From assembly GCA_951406725.2 (NCBI GenBank), contig OX597815.1, forward strand, positions 84,692,001 to 84,756,000: a stretch of 64,000 nucleotides of DNA. Direction: 5' to 3'. Shown in pieces: positions 1-13,105 of the stretch. Each line of letters starts with the position of its first letter. Positions within the stretch are counted from its first letter, which is position 1. The stretch comes from Octopus vulgaris (lineage: Eukaryota). The position numbers were made by a program, and so were the translations under genes. The notes beneath the pieces are model-generated. The model saw only the letters and a program-made list of their open reading frames with translations, was not told the origin of the DNA and ran no database searches.

Positions 1-1680
1 TGTTGCCTATAATATTTGACTTGTTTTATTACAATGTTTATTATATTCATTTCACTCAATATTGGTCTTTATTGATTTTGTTCTATATTTTAATATCATA
101 TTTTTATTGATTGTACATATGTCTAAATCATTTGCTGTTAATTTGCAATATTCATTTTTTATATATTTCCAACTTTTTAAGAGACATATCATCTTTTCAC
201 ATGATTTTCAGGAATTAAATAGATATAGCAATCAAATCATTGATATGCCTAAATCTATATTTATGTTTATATTTTATTTCAATTGCGCAAAGTATTATTG
301 TTTATCCATTTATTTTCATTCTAGAAAGGAAATATGTTTATCATATAGAGGAACTTGTTAAAACCCATTGGATTCTAATTTAAGGGAATAAATTATATAC
401 ACTTACAATTCAAAATATCCATTATATTGCTGTATTCTTGTTCCATTGAATGTTAACGACACTAAAACTTGATTTATGTTTCGTATTTTTATGTATCTAT
501 TTTTGTCAGTCTCTTATACAGCTAATCTATTTGTAGCAAAGTTCACTTTATTTCCTTTATGAAAGCAAAGCATTATTATTTCTTATAAGACATTATTGAA
601 TTCATTCTGAGAAAATACAATGTACAATATAGTGAAGTTAAAATTATCTATTTTACATCTATTCTTGACATCTGGATTTTATATCTTAATAATTATATTA
701 ATAATATTGATAAACCTATTGCCAACTATCATCAGAAAACATTTACATTTATTACTATACTCTTCGATACATTTAAGTTACAATTTCAGTATGCGTGTTA
801 TTATTATTACAGGTTTCCCAGTATGTTTTGTTGATGAAATTGTAAATCCTAATTTTATGTATTCTGGAAATACAGTATAGAGGGAGCTATTCCTTATTTA
901 TTTTTTAAAATCATTAATGTTAAATCTTCATGCTATTGTATCAGATTATTTATATATGTTTAATTCTTGTTTGGTTTCGTCTATGCCTTTGTTATCATTG
1001 ATTCTTGTTTCATTAGTTTCTGTATATAAAAATAGTTCACATACCAATGCTGTGTTATATTTTGTTTACACGTTGACGTTATTATAATCTTTTTTTGCAA
1101 ATCAGTTCATCCTGCTTATTTGAGTTGTTTAGTGTATTTTTTAAAATTATAATTTACGCTTTGTTTTCTTTTAAAATTGTATTGATACGCTTCTAAACTA
1201 ATTCTAATATTTTGCTTTTCCATGCAGAGATTTTTTTTTATTCATTGATTCTCAATTTATTATTTCTTTTAGTAATAAATTTTTCTGATTTTTTAAATGT
1301 CTATATAAACAATCTTAAACTTTTTGTTTTCTTTACATGAATCTTAGGCATTTTCGTAAATAAATTAATGAGACTTTCATTTTTCAATATTTTAAAATCT
1401 CCTGGAAAAATTTTCATTATAATTTTTTTTTTTTTTAATTTTTAAATTATTTTCTTGGCACTGTTTCGTTACCTCTTATAAGTATTTTATATTTACACTT
1501 TTGTTTTTGTAATTCATTGTAATTAAAATTTTTTGAACTAATTGGTTTAGTTAATTCGTATAACATTTGGGGAATTGGCAATACTTTTTATGTAACAGTA
1601 TATTTCAATATTTATGGTTTAATTATGTCTATACTTTTCGAAAAAGAAAATAACATTATTTTTGTCAGACTGGGCTGCAA
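1..1680 (-). pseudogene. Heavily degraded Penelope-like (Naiad-like) reverse transcriptase relic, running off the left edge of the window
   Basis: Minus-strand motifs occur in the correct order across frameshifts: TKPISSK-FNY (~1530), LPLYCISRIHK...FTISSTKHTGKP (~890-815), FNFTILY (=FDFSTLY, ~640), (G)IPMGFN...INIF (~375-330), FRHINDLIAI (=FRYIDD, ~255-225), ANDLDI (~135). The clade call is inferred from motif style. Confidence 0.6.
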
Positions 1681-1689
1681 TTTATATAC

Positions 1690-1744
<55 letters not shown>

Positions 1745-2044
1745 TCTTATCTAATACTTCTGCATACCATTCTGAGAAGATATCTTCTTCACTACAGTCA
1801 AAATATCCATGTTTTAGTATTATTTTCTGTTTTATTTAAACTTACTTTCGGCATGTAAGTTTAAATCCATAGTTTCAAAGGTATTGCAATTTAAAACATT
1901 TTTAATTACTTCATAAGGAAGGTCTCTTTCAAATACTTTAGATATTTCCTTACACAAATGGTTCTTCCATAATGATATGCTTCTTATAATTTAGAAGGTT
2001 AAAATACGACAGTATTTTTTCAAAGATTTATCTGTATTATATAA

Positions 2045-2256
2045 TGATTTCAAATGTTGGTACAAGGCCAGTAAGTTGAGGGGAGGAAGTAAGTCGATTA
2101 CATCGCCTCAGTACACAACTGGTACTCATTCTATCAACCCCAAAAGGATTAAAGATAAAGTCGACCTCGGCGGAATTAGAACTCAAAATTTGAAGATGGG
2201 AAAAATGGCGTAAAGCATTTTGCGCGGCGTGCTAACAATTGTGCAGGTAAGCCGCC
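2045..2256 (-). mobile_element. tRNA-derived SINE family B copy
   Basis: Reverse complement reads GGCGGC..., B-box-like GAGTTCTAATTCCGCCGAGGTCGAC, then ...GAGTACCAGTTG...TCGACTT, and the tail GGCCTTGTACCAACATTTGAAA. Matches the other B copies in the window. Confidence 0.85.
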
Positions 2257-2754
2257 TTTATCTTACATATTGTCGTGTGTTATTCACACATGAATACTTT
2301 ATTTCAATATCAATTGTTCTTTCTGTTTCCTACTACGTTATAAATACACGCCACTTACCTTTCCTACACAGCCCCATAATTACGAAACAACAACATTATT
2401 CTGCACACAATTGCACTTCATTATATTGCATTTACATAATCTAAGGAGGTTTTACTGATAATTATAACACGTTGATTAAACGTGTAGGAGCTCCCTCGTT
2501 GACTCCTAGATTAAGTCTACGTGATCAAGGATGACTTGGTCTTATAAAACAAAACAAAAAAGCGACAAACAACACAGCAATATATCTTATATTATTTTCA
2601 TTTACTGTCATCCTGGTTCAGTGATTATCTCCAAATTCTAGTACACCAGTCAATCATAAGCCAGTTTATGACAGGACAAACATAAACATTAACTACTGCT
2701 ATATACACCCGAGCGCTACAGCCACTTCGCTACTAACTTGCCGCTAAAAACACA

Positions 2755-2932
2755 ACGAGTCTCAAATGGCCGCACGATCTGCTAAAAGTAACACCCAAAT
2801 TTCCCTAAAATTACATCTTTTTTAAAGATATATTGAACAATGTAGCATTAAATATACTATCTGGTAAAAAAATGAAAATACATTTGCTCATGTCTTCTAA
2901 ATCAGGGCAGACTTGGGTCTAAACAATAACAT
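2755..2932 (+). mobile_element. Old interspersed repeat family D (~190 bp, ends in CTAAACAA(C/T)AAC)
   Basis: Shares GCTAGAAATAGCAGCCAAATCTCCCT-like and CAGGG..GAC(C/T)TGGG..TAAACAAC motifs with about 10 other degenerate copies in the window. Confidence 0.6.
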
Positions 2933-3499
2933 CTTGCATCTAAGTGAAGCGACAATTTTAGCGCTATAAATATGTCTTGGGCCAATATTGCAGTGCTGAT
3001 GATATGATACAAACCAATAACCTATCGGTTAGCCGTATCCAAAAGAGACGTCCTATTATACATCAAAACTATTACAGTTCCGGATTTATGTTACAGCACC
3101 AAATAACAATGATATAACATTAAATTATACCTTAAACCACTGTAGCCAAAGATGAATCGTCTGGTTTTCATGTTATTTATTATTGTATTTCAAAAAACAT
3201 TTGCAATGTTGAAGTGTGTTAAAATTTTTTTAGATATATTGTAATGTTCATAAAGTTCAATTAGCGCTTTCATGCGTTCGTAGTAATCGTCAGATTTCAA
3301 AATGCATTTAACTGACAGTTGAGTTCTTGAAAACTGTACTAAAATGACTGACTTGTTCATTTTTATAGCTTTTAGAAGGTTCCAACAAACTGAAATTTAG
3401 AATACTGTTTTGAGCAATCAGCATGCAACTTAAACGGCACGATTGGTCGGACGCACCGATATTACTGACATAGATCCCATCCAAGAAGAAACAACTGTG

Positions 3500-3870
3500 A
3501 AACAACTTATAGGATAGACCCTAAAATTATTAATCTCTCTAGAAGAAATATAAACAGTGGTGAACTTCGATTATTGATCAAAGGAGTAAAGTTCACACCT
3601 ACACCTATAGCCACCATCAGGAATTGGAGGAAGACATCAAAAACTTTGAGGAACTTTTTACTGATAAAATTAATGAGAACGACGAATCCTTGGCGAAAAA
3701 TAAATCAAAATTTAACCCGGCAAAATGACGTCTCTGATTACGGAATATCCCATACTCTGGTATATCCCAGATACAGTTGTAAGACTTTGACTTTTTTCTA
3801 ATAAAAATAATGTATATGACTTGAGTTGTTTGCCTTGCTTTAGCATTTATTGTCCTCTTTGACAATTACA
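3500..3870 (+). mobile_element. Internally deleted Penelope-like element: N-terminal ORF piece fused directly to a hammerhead-bearing terminal repeat
   Basis: Translates PKIINLSRRNINSGELRLLIKGVKFTPTP...ELEEDIK...DESLAKNKSKFNP, resembling the PLE N-terminal INLS..L.KGLKF.PTP motif. It is followed immediately by a degenerate HHR at 3730-3785. Confidence 0.65.
3730..3785 (+). ncRNA. Degenerate type I hammerhead ribozyme
   Basis: GTCT-CTGATTA-[GGAATAT...ATATCC stem II]-GATACAGTTGTA-AGAC. Stem I is GTCT/AGAC. The core deviates from CTGANGA/GAAA at two positions, so it is probably inactive. Confidence 0.5.
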
Positions 3871-3924
3871 TATATATTGTTCCATTGTTGTTGTTTTTTT
3901 GTTTCCCGTTTGGATTAAAATTAT

Positions 3925-4511
3925 ATATATATATATATATATATATTAGTTTGCATACATACATCTATCTGTATGCTTGCATACATGTACGTGTATATAT
4001 ACATGTATGTATGTATCTATCTATGTATGCGAATATATAGGCATGCAAATATGTTTATATATACATGCATACTTACGTACATACATATACACATCCACGC
4101 AATTATCATATAGTTATAAATATATACATATATACGTTTGAGAATCACCGACAAAAGGTACACTTGACTAACATCAAATGCGTGTACTTTTGAGCATAAG
4201 GAAATATTCCAGTTTACCAAAACACAAAGATATGTGTATAGGCGTGTTTGAGTGCGTTTGATTGTTCCTTTGTGTGTGTGTGTGTGCGTGCGCACGTGCG
4301 TGTGTGCGTGTGTGCGTGCGTGTGTCTGTGTGTGTGTGTCTGTGTGTTTGAATTACTACCTTCATGTCTAGGCTACTCCAGCTATATAAGCCAATTTGTC
4401 AATCAAACAAGTTGCTGACCTAAGCACAAGTGTGTTCTAAACACATTTATAGTAAATGTCAAAAGAAGACCTATTCAAAACTGGAGCACCATTAAAGTAT
4501 TGCATAATATA

Positions 4512-4559
<48 letters not shown>

Positions 4560-4815
4560 TTACAAGCGCATATGCGTGTGTGTGTGTGCGCGCGCGTACG
4601 TGTGTGTATTTACATATCTGTATCTCTTTCTACATCTTTCTCTCTATCCATATTACCTATACATTCTCATGTACGCGCGTATGCACATGTATATATATAT
4701 GTGTGTGTGTGTTTGTGTGCGTGTCTGTGCCTGTGTGTACGTATGTGTTTGTGTGCGTGTGTGCATGAATGTATTTATGTATGTATGAAAGAATATATAT
4801 TTGTATGTATACATG
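3925..4815. repeat. Compound (TA)n/(TG)n/(TATG)n microsatellite-rich block
   Basis: Directly visible; explains the YIYI/VCVC/HTHT ORFs. Confidence 0.9.
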
Positions 4816-5804
4816 TATCATCAAAATATAGACTGTATTCAAATATTTGCCACTAATCGTTTCATGCTATGGAAACAATAATTCAGCAAATTATATACTG
4901 TACCTTGTATCTTCAAGTCATCTTTCAAACTTAAAATCCTCATGGCTAGTCTTATTTGAAAAATAGAACGCTGGTATATGAGAAAATACTTGAAATATTA
5001 TGTCTTGCGAGTGTAATTTTTCTGGGATAAGTATACCTGTTGAATGATAATTGGGTTGTAGGATAAATTCTAAAGAAAAGATATTATGGAAGGTTCTTAT
5101 TGATCAAATTTGGAGGTGTGCTACTATTCAGAATTCAATCATGCATATAGAACTTTGTTATCAAGTGTGTCTATTGAGGTGTGTCAGGAAGTGTAGTGAA
5201 GAAATCATAAGAAATAAAGGAGTAATATGAGGAAAAGGAGACAATTTGCTGAGCACGAGAAGTGAGTGAGTAAGAGGTAAATAAAAGTAGGTAAAAGATA
5301 GATTAAAAGAAATATCAGTTGAGTGATAGATACAGATAGAGAAAAAGTGACATGAAATGGTGTAAGACGGAAGGAAAAAGGGAAAATGGAAATAAGAATG
5401 GAGCTGATATTACTGACAAGAGAAAGAAAACAGACATTATAAAGGTATGTCTTGCCATTCTTAGTTGTATCTTCCTGGCTGAGTTTTGAAGACCATGGCA
5501 CACGTCAAGATATAGATGAAATCAGTAGAACAAAAATGGTCTTCCAGCCACAATTTTCAGCATTCACAAGAACCGATTTGAACTCTGAATCCCTAACAAA
5601 CAAAACCTTCGTCAATTTCAAACCATAATTTCTAGAGCACGCACTGAAGTGATTGCTTTTTAACCTCTCTATGTGCTGCAAGATGCTTTATATTAACGTT
5701 TAAACTATACATTAGTGTTTAAATGTGTGCAGTATGTATTTCTGAGTATTCTTATATACATGAAGTTGTTTCCAAATCCATTGAATATATTTAAGTTACG
5801 TATG

Positions 5805-5934
5805 TGCGTGTACATATACGTTTGTATGTGTGTGTGCGTGTACGCGTGTGCGTGTGTGTGTGTATGTGGGGCATATTCTACATATATATATATATAGATA
5901 GATAGATAGATAGATAGATATATAGATATAGATA

Positions 5935-6028
<94 letters not shown>

Positions 6029-6043
6029 TAGATATATATACGC

Positions 6044-6083
<40 letters not shown>

Positions 6084-6105
6084 ACATATAAATATATATA
6101 TATCA
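5805..6105. repeat. Compound (TG)n(TA)n(GATA)n microsatellite
   Basis: Directly visible. Confidence 0.95.
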
Positions 6106-7717
6106 TACAAATAATGTGTGCAGCTGCCAGAAGAGCAGACCATGCTGTTGCTGAATCATTGCTTTAGTGGGCAGGATTTGATTTTTAAAGATACAGATGG
6201 CTTTTTTTTTTTCTCTCTTTAAGATCTCAGGAACGAAAAACACCATAAATAAAAAGTACACGGTCATTAACTTCACGCTGTACTGAAGTTACAAAATAAA
6301 GGTCAACATTTCGAGCTGTAATCTTCGTGACGAATCGGAAGTAATAAAACTGAATGTTGTTCCTCAGCAGAAAATATGTTCCAGTGAAGGAAGATAATGG
6401 GCAAGCACTCTTATTTATGAGTCCATGTTTTATCGTGTGTGTTTCCTTCTGCGTGTATGTGCACGCGAGTTTGTTTGTTTGTGTTGTTTTTTCTTTCTTC
6501 AAGAAATTGTTATGTACGTGTAAGTGTGTGTACGTATGCAAATCACACCGAAAGAATTTAAGTTTTGACATAATAAATAAAAGTTAGAAGGTCTCCGAAA
6601 TATGTGAGATAATGATGCAAGTTCAGTGAAGTTTAATGCGGAGGCACGATCTGCGTCAGCGAATCACCCTTCTTGTCATTCCATTCCACTGCTGATACTA
6701 AATAATATATATTTACATTTAAAGTAAAGTAACTAAATAATACTTCTAGATTACGCGAAAGGAATCAGAAAGCTCTGATATTTTGAAACTATTTAAAGGT
6801 CAATCCTAACAAATACGGATAATCTTACTTAGTCTGAACAAATTTCTGCTGCGTGGTGCCGAGAAAACAGTATGCTAATGATACTTCTATATATAGTCAC
6901 TCCGAAACAAATAACCTTCTTCATCCCCCCAAAATTTCATATTCTTCACCACATCAATTCATTTTCCTGATTAATCAATTAACCACAATGATGAAATATC
7001 GAACACATGGATGTCTGTCATTTTACTCCAAGTGCATTGTATTTATATTCATTTAGGTGGCCAACCAACTGGACATAGGCATTCTGTGAAGGGAATCAAT
7101 GTTTTGACATGTACGTATATAATGGTTCCTGATTAAGGCACAGGGCATTCAATTTTGACTAAAGTTAATCGATACCATCGACCACTCTACACTGGTATTT
7201 TATTTTAATAACCTCCGAGAGGTTGAAAGGCCCCCTCGCCTAATGATTTTAAGGTACAGCGTGTCGTTAATTTCCCAAGACGGTAGAACGTAATCACAAC
7301 CTCCACATCAGACAGTGGTAGGTGGGACTGAGTATAGGCAATCCAATGCAATGTACGCGCGCGCGCGTGTGTGTGCGTGTGTGTAGTACAGTCAGCGAGT
7401 GAGTATACCTCGGTAGTATGTACTATGCTTTCGCTAATTGTTTAGGTAATTAAAGTCGCGAGCAGATATAAAATTATCTCGTCTCTCTTACATTTGGTCC
7501 AGGAGCACAGGCAGATTGTGACAGAGAGAGGAGGAGAAAATGAGATATATATATATATATATAGACAGACAGACAGACAGAGAGTGAGTGAGAGAGCGCT
7601 GCCCTAGCACTCAGCTGGTATTCATTTACTTCTAAATAGACTGAAACAGCGTCAAATTAAGTGCCTACGGCCTTATTATCACGAGATGTACACAGCCATT
7701 ACTAGCTCACATCCCTT

Positions 7718-8404
7718 CATATATATATATATATATAACTCAACTTGTGTGTCTGTGTTTGTATCTGTGTGTTTAACTTCCCGGCACATCTCCCCCTAGC
7801 CAACAAATCGTAGAACCACCAAAAATGGGTCACTTAAAGTTTAGGCGAATGAAAATTGAACTGCGCTATTTCTGTTCCGAAATTCATCTCGCAAGTGAAA
7901 AAATCGATAATGTGTTTGCTTAGGCCTTATCTCATGCATTGAATAGTGAACTTTACTCAGTCAGCTGTTTGACGTGAACTGTGTTCACCACGCGTGCAGA
8001 CATGCGTAAATTGCATGAAAAATTAAAAAAATCAAGATATAAAAACGAATCGCCGTAAATATTGTAGAAATTCGGCAAAGGAATGAATTTCCGGGAAGTA
8101 GCCTGGAGGGTTTTTTCGTATTAATCGTTTGGACTTTGTGAACAAATATCCAATTGTTTTCATAACATTTTTAACGCTTTGAATTAAATGTGACCATTTT
8201 GCGTTGAGTCTGCAGTTTGAAACACTTTAACCAAATTTTAGCAGGCCGGATTTTTGATCATCACGATACATCGCCAGTGACTCCCTGAAACTCTCCTCTG
8301 AAATCACCGTTGAGAAATCTATTATATATATAATAATACTTTGAATGTGACTCCTGAGAAAGAGTAAAAGTAATTATCCGATGAACGACGGGTATTACTG
8401 CTAG
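7718..8404 (+). mobile_element. Non-autonomous Helitron-like element
   Basis: The 3' end CCGATGAACGACGG-GTATTACTG-CTAG|T is a short subterminal hairpin about 10 nt before CTAG, followed by T. The 5' end is a (TA)n-AACT start followed by a TGTC/TGTT-rich tract. There are no TIRs and no TSD. The left boundary is approximate. Confidence 0.6.
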
Positions 8405-8444
<40 letters not shown>

Positions 8445-9743
8445 CTTTCGAAAAAGCTGATGGTCTACAATATTTTCAGCATCATATTCAATGTGCCGTT
8501 GTGCCGTGAATTAAGGATGAAAAAATGTTTAAGAATTTTTACTCTAAAGTCTCGTGACCTGCAACCCTTAATTATAAGTAGCAATTGTAACTCAACCGAG
8601 AGAAACACTAGCTATAACTTCTCCATATAATACTAAATTACCTAGACCAGTGGTTCTTAACTTGGGGGGGGGGGGGGCCCGTCAGTAATTTCGAAGAGGG
8701 CACGAACCCTTCAGACAAAGCAGGAATTTCTCTAATTATATTGGTTACTCTCTTAACGAGGATGGTCAAATAATGACAAGTTTATGAAAAATGCAAAAGT
8801 ATCGCCTTACACCTTTAGTTTTCTTATTCTATATCAGTGCTGCTTACCATTTTCTCTACTTATTGACCCTACTTCATATCCCTCTAACCCCTCACTAATT
8901 CTGAATTGTACCTTTAACATTTGCCTTTATTTTGTTTTTTTTTTTGTTTTTTTTTGTCACAAGAAGACTCAGGTTGAGAATCACTAGTATAAAGCTTAGA
9001 TATTATTATTGTGTAAAGACAAACATTTTTTTTTTCAGTTCATAGATTATGAACAAATTTGATCGACAGTTTTCATATATATGAAATAATGTGATTCTTA
9101 AAAATCAAGAAACATGCTGAAACATTATCAAATCGTTATTGTAACACGCTAAGAAATATCAACTTTTAATTTAAAAAATTGAAAACTATTTTTAAATTTT
9201 AGCAAGATGAAAAGTTTGATACATTTAAAAATAGGAAATAAAACAAAAAGTATGTAATAGAATCTACTATCGTTCAATTTAATAAAGTCTCAAAAAAATT
9301 AAAACTCAAATTGGAAAGATAAAAATTTTAACAATAAAACCACAATTTTTAATATTAAACGTTTATGTTAAAAATATAGTAAATTTTTTTGTAAGAAAAA
9401 AATTATAATATAAAGTCAAATGTTAAGCTAAAATTCAGATTTAAATATTATAGAAAGTACTAGGTAAAACTAGAAGCTATGCAAAATATGTTCTCTTTTA
9501 AAGAAACTTTTTATTATGTTTTCATACAAATATATACAATATTTTATTGTTCAAATCTTTCGTACAAACTTTCTTTTATTTAACTTTTATTCCAAATTTT
9601 TTCGATTAATTTTTTTTTAGAACATTTTACTCCAAGCGTTCTAACTTGGTTAGCATTCTAACTTGGGCCCTGACATTACCTTACAAGTGCCTTATCTTTT
9701 GTTCATATACTTGTGTTGTCCACTGCACATAAAATAATTCGCA

Positions 9744-11903
9744 ATGAGTGCAAAGAAACGGATGTATCTTAACGAATATATTTGATTTGGATTCGTGTCC
9801 CTCCAAAAGGGTGACACAGGAGTCTCCCAGTGGGTGATATGTTACAATACTTTGAGCAATGATGGAATGTGACCCTCACGCTTGGAATGCCACTTGAGGA
9901 CGACATATCCTGCTCTTGCCGACAAGCCCAAGACATTCTTTCAAAAAAAAAACATTCCTTGAAGCAAGCTAAGTTGGACAGTAGTGGGGCATTTCGGCAA
10001 CAAACTTCAATGGTTGATGAGGCTTCTTAATGAGATCATCATGTTGATTGCAAAGAGAAAGAAGAGCTATAACATCGGAGAATCTCTCATAAAATCATGC
10101 AGCAGAACTCGTTCTGAGGAAAGATAGTGCAAACAAGCTTGCCCAGATTTCACTATCAAACATACAGGCAAGAGAAGGATCGGTGACTTGTCTGAAGACA
10201 TCAAAGATCAAATTCTCGATCAAGTAAAAGTCTCCTGTTTTTGCCATCCAGTGTGACGAAACGACTGACCTCGCTCAGTGTTCTCAGCTACTGACATATG
10301 CTCGTTTTGTGTCAGGCGACTGTGTAAAAGAGGAAATATTGTTCTGTCACCCTATGGATAGTTGTACAACAGCAGAAGCTATTTTTCGTGATGTGTCAAA
10401 CTTCTTTCAGTAAAGCCAACTTTTGTGAGATTCGCTGATAGAGGAGTGCACTGATGGAGCTCCAGTCATGGTTGGTCTGCAGTCTGGATTCATTACTAGG
10501 ATGAAAGAAAAACATCCATCTGTTGTAGGTACACACTGCATACTTCATCGTGAAGCCTTAACATTCAGAACTTTACCTACTGAAATGAGAAATGTCCTGA
10601 ACGTGACTATCAAAGTTGTTAACTTTGTTAAAGGTGGGACCTTAAATAGTTGGCTTTTCAAACTGTTGTGTAAAAATATGGAATCTGAACATGAAGCATT
10701 GCATTTTCGCATGAACGTACGATGGCTATCAAACGGGAACATGCTTGGACTGCTTTATGAACTACAGGAAGTAGCAATATTTCTAGATTTGCAGCAAAAG
10801 GCAGATTTTTCCAGTCTGAAGGCTTTCAGTTATCCCTAGCTTACCTGGTGGACATCTTCGAAGCGTTGAATGCTCTCGACCTTAAACTACAAGGGAAACA
10901 TAACATTCACACACACCACGACACCATTCGAACCTTCATGGCCAAACTCAACCTCTGGAAATGTCGAATTCAGCTGGGAAATAGAGCCAGTTTTAGTTAC
11001 TTGGATTCTGCTCTCATTCACGGTAACCTTGATTCTAAGTTTAAAAGACAAATAATCACTCATCTAACTGATTTAAAAACAGAATCCATCAGATACTTCC
11101 CAGCTATAGATGAAAAGCGTGAAGCTTGGAAATTCATCCGGAACTAATTTCAGTGTGAAGTGACTGGTGTTTTGGATGAAGTGCGAGAGGAATTTCTTGA
11201 GCTGAAGTTCAACTAGGCGCAGGAGTGGCTGTGTGGTAAGTAGCTTGTTTACCAACCACATGGTTCCGGGTTCAGTCCCACTGCGTGGCACCTTGGGCAG
11301 GTGTCTTCTACTATAGCCTCGGACCAACCAAAGCCTTGTGAGTGGATTTGGTAGACGGAAACTGAAAGAAGCCTGTCGTATATATGTATATATATATATG
11401 TATGTGTGTGTGTATGTGTGTCTGTGTTTGTTCCCCTAGCATTGCTTGACAACCGATGCTGGTGTGTTTACGTCCCCGTTACTTAGCGGTTCGGCAAAAA
11501 GAGACCGATAGAATAAGTACTGGGCTTACAAAAAGAATAAGTCCCGGGGTCGAGTTGCTCGACTAAAGGCGGTGCTCCAGCATGGCCGCAGTCAAATGAC
11601 TGAAACAAGTAAAAGAGTAAAGAGTAAAGAGAGCTAAGGAAGACTTTTAAAAAATGGATCTTGAAACGTTCTAGATGAAGTAACTTCCGGTTTATCCTCT
11701 GATCTCACATCAAGCTCTCCGGATTTTAGCTATGTTTAGATCCACATATCTTTGTGAAGCTGCATTTTCCACGCTCGTTGCTGTCAAGAAACAGTACAGA
11801 AATGGGCTGAACGTTGAAAGGGACTTACGTTGTGCACTCTCTAGCATTCAACCACGCATTCAAGATCTTGTAGCTAAGAAGCAGTGTCAAGTGTCTCACT
11901 TTT
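9744..11903 (+). pseudogene. hAT Buster-type transposase pseudogene (ZBED5/SCAND3/FAM200-like family), with stops, frameshifts and a SINE insertion
   Basis: MSAKKRMYLNEYI*FGF...VICYNTLSNDGM*PSRLECHL (BED finger region), IQCDETTD, CTDGAPVMVG, HCILHRE, RWLS, STYLCEAAFS, and C-terminal KQCQVSH. Confidence 0.92.
11216..11631 (+). mobile_element. tRNA-derived SINE family A (internal (TA)n(TG)n tract, (AAAGAGT)n tail) inserted in the hAT transposase
   Basis: A-box TGGCTGTGTGG, B-box GGTTCAGTCCC, CORE-like GGCACCTTGGGCAGGTG, and tail AAAAGAGTAAAGAGTAAAGAG. Six copies are in the window. Confidence 0.92.
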
Positions 11904-12175
11904 TGTATAATGTGATTGTATATAAAATTATACATATTTTGTATAATGTGACTAATTCATATCCAATAAAAAGACTAAAAACATATTTTAGATTTTATTT
12001 AAAATCTGGGAGGGAATGTTATTCATAGATGCAAGAGGGGCGTGTGGTAGTAAAAAGGTTAAGAACCACTGATCTAGACAATACCGTCATAAAATAGGTT
12101 AAACACTTTCTACAATGTAGGCCTAGATGCACTAATCCCTGAAAATAAAACTAGAAGACTACTGTTGAAATGCCT

Positions 12176-12253
12176 GTAATCTTAATCTTCATGGCTAGGA
12201 GTGGCCTGGGGCTAGTAATCGTAATCTTCATGGCTTGGAGCGGCCTGGGGCTA
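12176..12253. repeat. 39-bp tandem duplication (2 copies)
   Basis: GTAATC(T/G)TAATCTTCATGGCT(A/T)GGAG(T/C)GGCCTGGGGCTA x2. Confidence 0.9.
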
Positions 12254-12564
12254 AATAGCAACATCATCAACAATAATATGTACAAGTATACAAATGACAC
12301 GAAGTAGTTGAAGTTCGTGCAATATCTGCGTGCTGTATGACATTGCGCAGTCAGTGGCTTCAAGCTGTATATTTATTGTCAAATTAAACAAACTGTGACT
12401 ATAATAATGTCTATATCTATAAGCCGTGACTCAACATGCTTAATCCGTGACTATTCAATTATTGTCTTCAATCACTTTTTAAATTATCAGTGTTGTCATG
12501 CCAAGTGGATGTACTTAATTCTGACAATCAGAGAATTTACCGCCAATATTTTTACAAACAGTTG

Positions 12565-12772
12565 AAGACAGCGAGCTAGCAGAATCGCAAGCACGCCAGG
12601 CAAAATGCTTAGCGGCATTTTGTCCGCCTTCTTGTTCTGAGCTCAAATTCCGCCAACGTTGACTTTGCCTTTCATTCTTTCGAGGTCGATAAAATAAGTA
12701 TATGTCATATACTGGGGTCGATGTAATTGACTTACCCGAAATTGTTGGCTTTATACCAAAATTTGAAACTAG
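12565..12772 (+). mobile_element. SINE family B copy with TSD
   Basis: GCGAGCTAGCAGAATCG...GAGCTCAAATTCCGCC...TTTGCCTTTCATTCTTTCGAGGTCGATAAAATAAGTA. Direct repeat TTTACAAACAGT at 12551-12562 and 12775-12786. Confidence 0.88.
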
Positions 12773-12887
12773 TATTTACAAACAGTCAGTAAAGCTGGGC
12801 TCAGTTGCGTATCTTTTTCTTTTGACTTCAAATCTAGCTGAGGTCGACATTGCCTTTTAACTTTTCTTTTTCAGTAGAAGTATTGGT

Positions 12888-13105
12888 GAAGGTGGCGAAC
12901 TGACAGAATCGTTGGAGTGTCAGAGAAAATCCCATGCTGTATGTATTCATACTTCTTACTTTTTGAATTCTAATCCTAAGGAGATCAACTTTGCCTTTCA
13001 TTCTTTTGGCGTTGATAAGATGAAGTGTCAGTGGATTACTGGGACCGATGTAATTGGCAAATCTCATCACCTCAAAATTGCTGACCTTGTGCCTGAATTT
13101 GATTT
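12888..13105 (+). mobile_element. Older, diverged SINE family B' copy
   Basis: GGTGGCGAACTGACAGAATCGTT...AACTTTGCCTTTCATTCTTTTGGCGTTGATAAG...CTGACCTTGTGCCTGAATTTGA. Confidence 0.75.

Larger units (their letters stand above)
8648..12071 (+). mobile_element. Full-length hAT (Buster/Charlie-like) DNA transposon, defective
   Basis: TIRs CAGTGGTTCTTAAC(T) at 8648 and (G)GTTAAGAACCACTG ending at 12071. The 8-bp TSD ACCTAGAC (8640-8647) / ATCTAGAC (12072-12079) has the Buster-type central TA. A transposase relic lies inside. Confidence 0.93.

Noticed and set aside
6200-6420. Polypyrimidine-AG followed by complex sequence as a host exon (similar splice-like signals at ~17820-17860 and ~31195)
   Set aside because: All three frames close quickly or give no recognisable protein; splice-like motifs are expected by chance in 64 kb.
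9744-11903. Domesticated ZBED/SCAND3-like or SETMAR-like host genes (also 59890-60874)
   Set aside because: Multiple stops and frameshifts together with retained TIRs (and a TSD for the hAT) indicate dead transposons.
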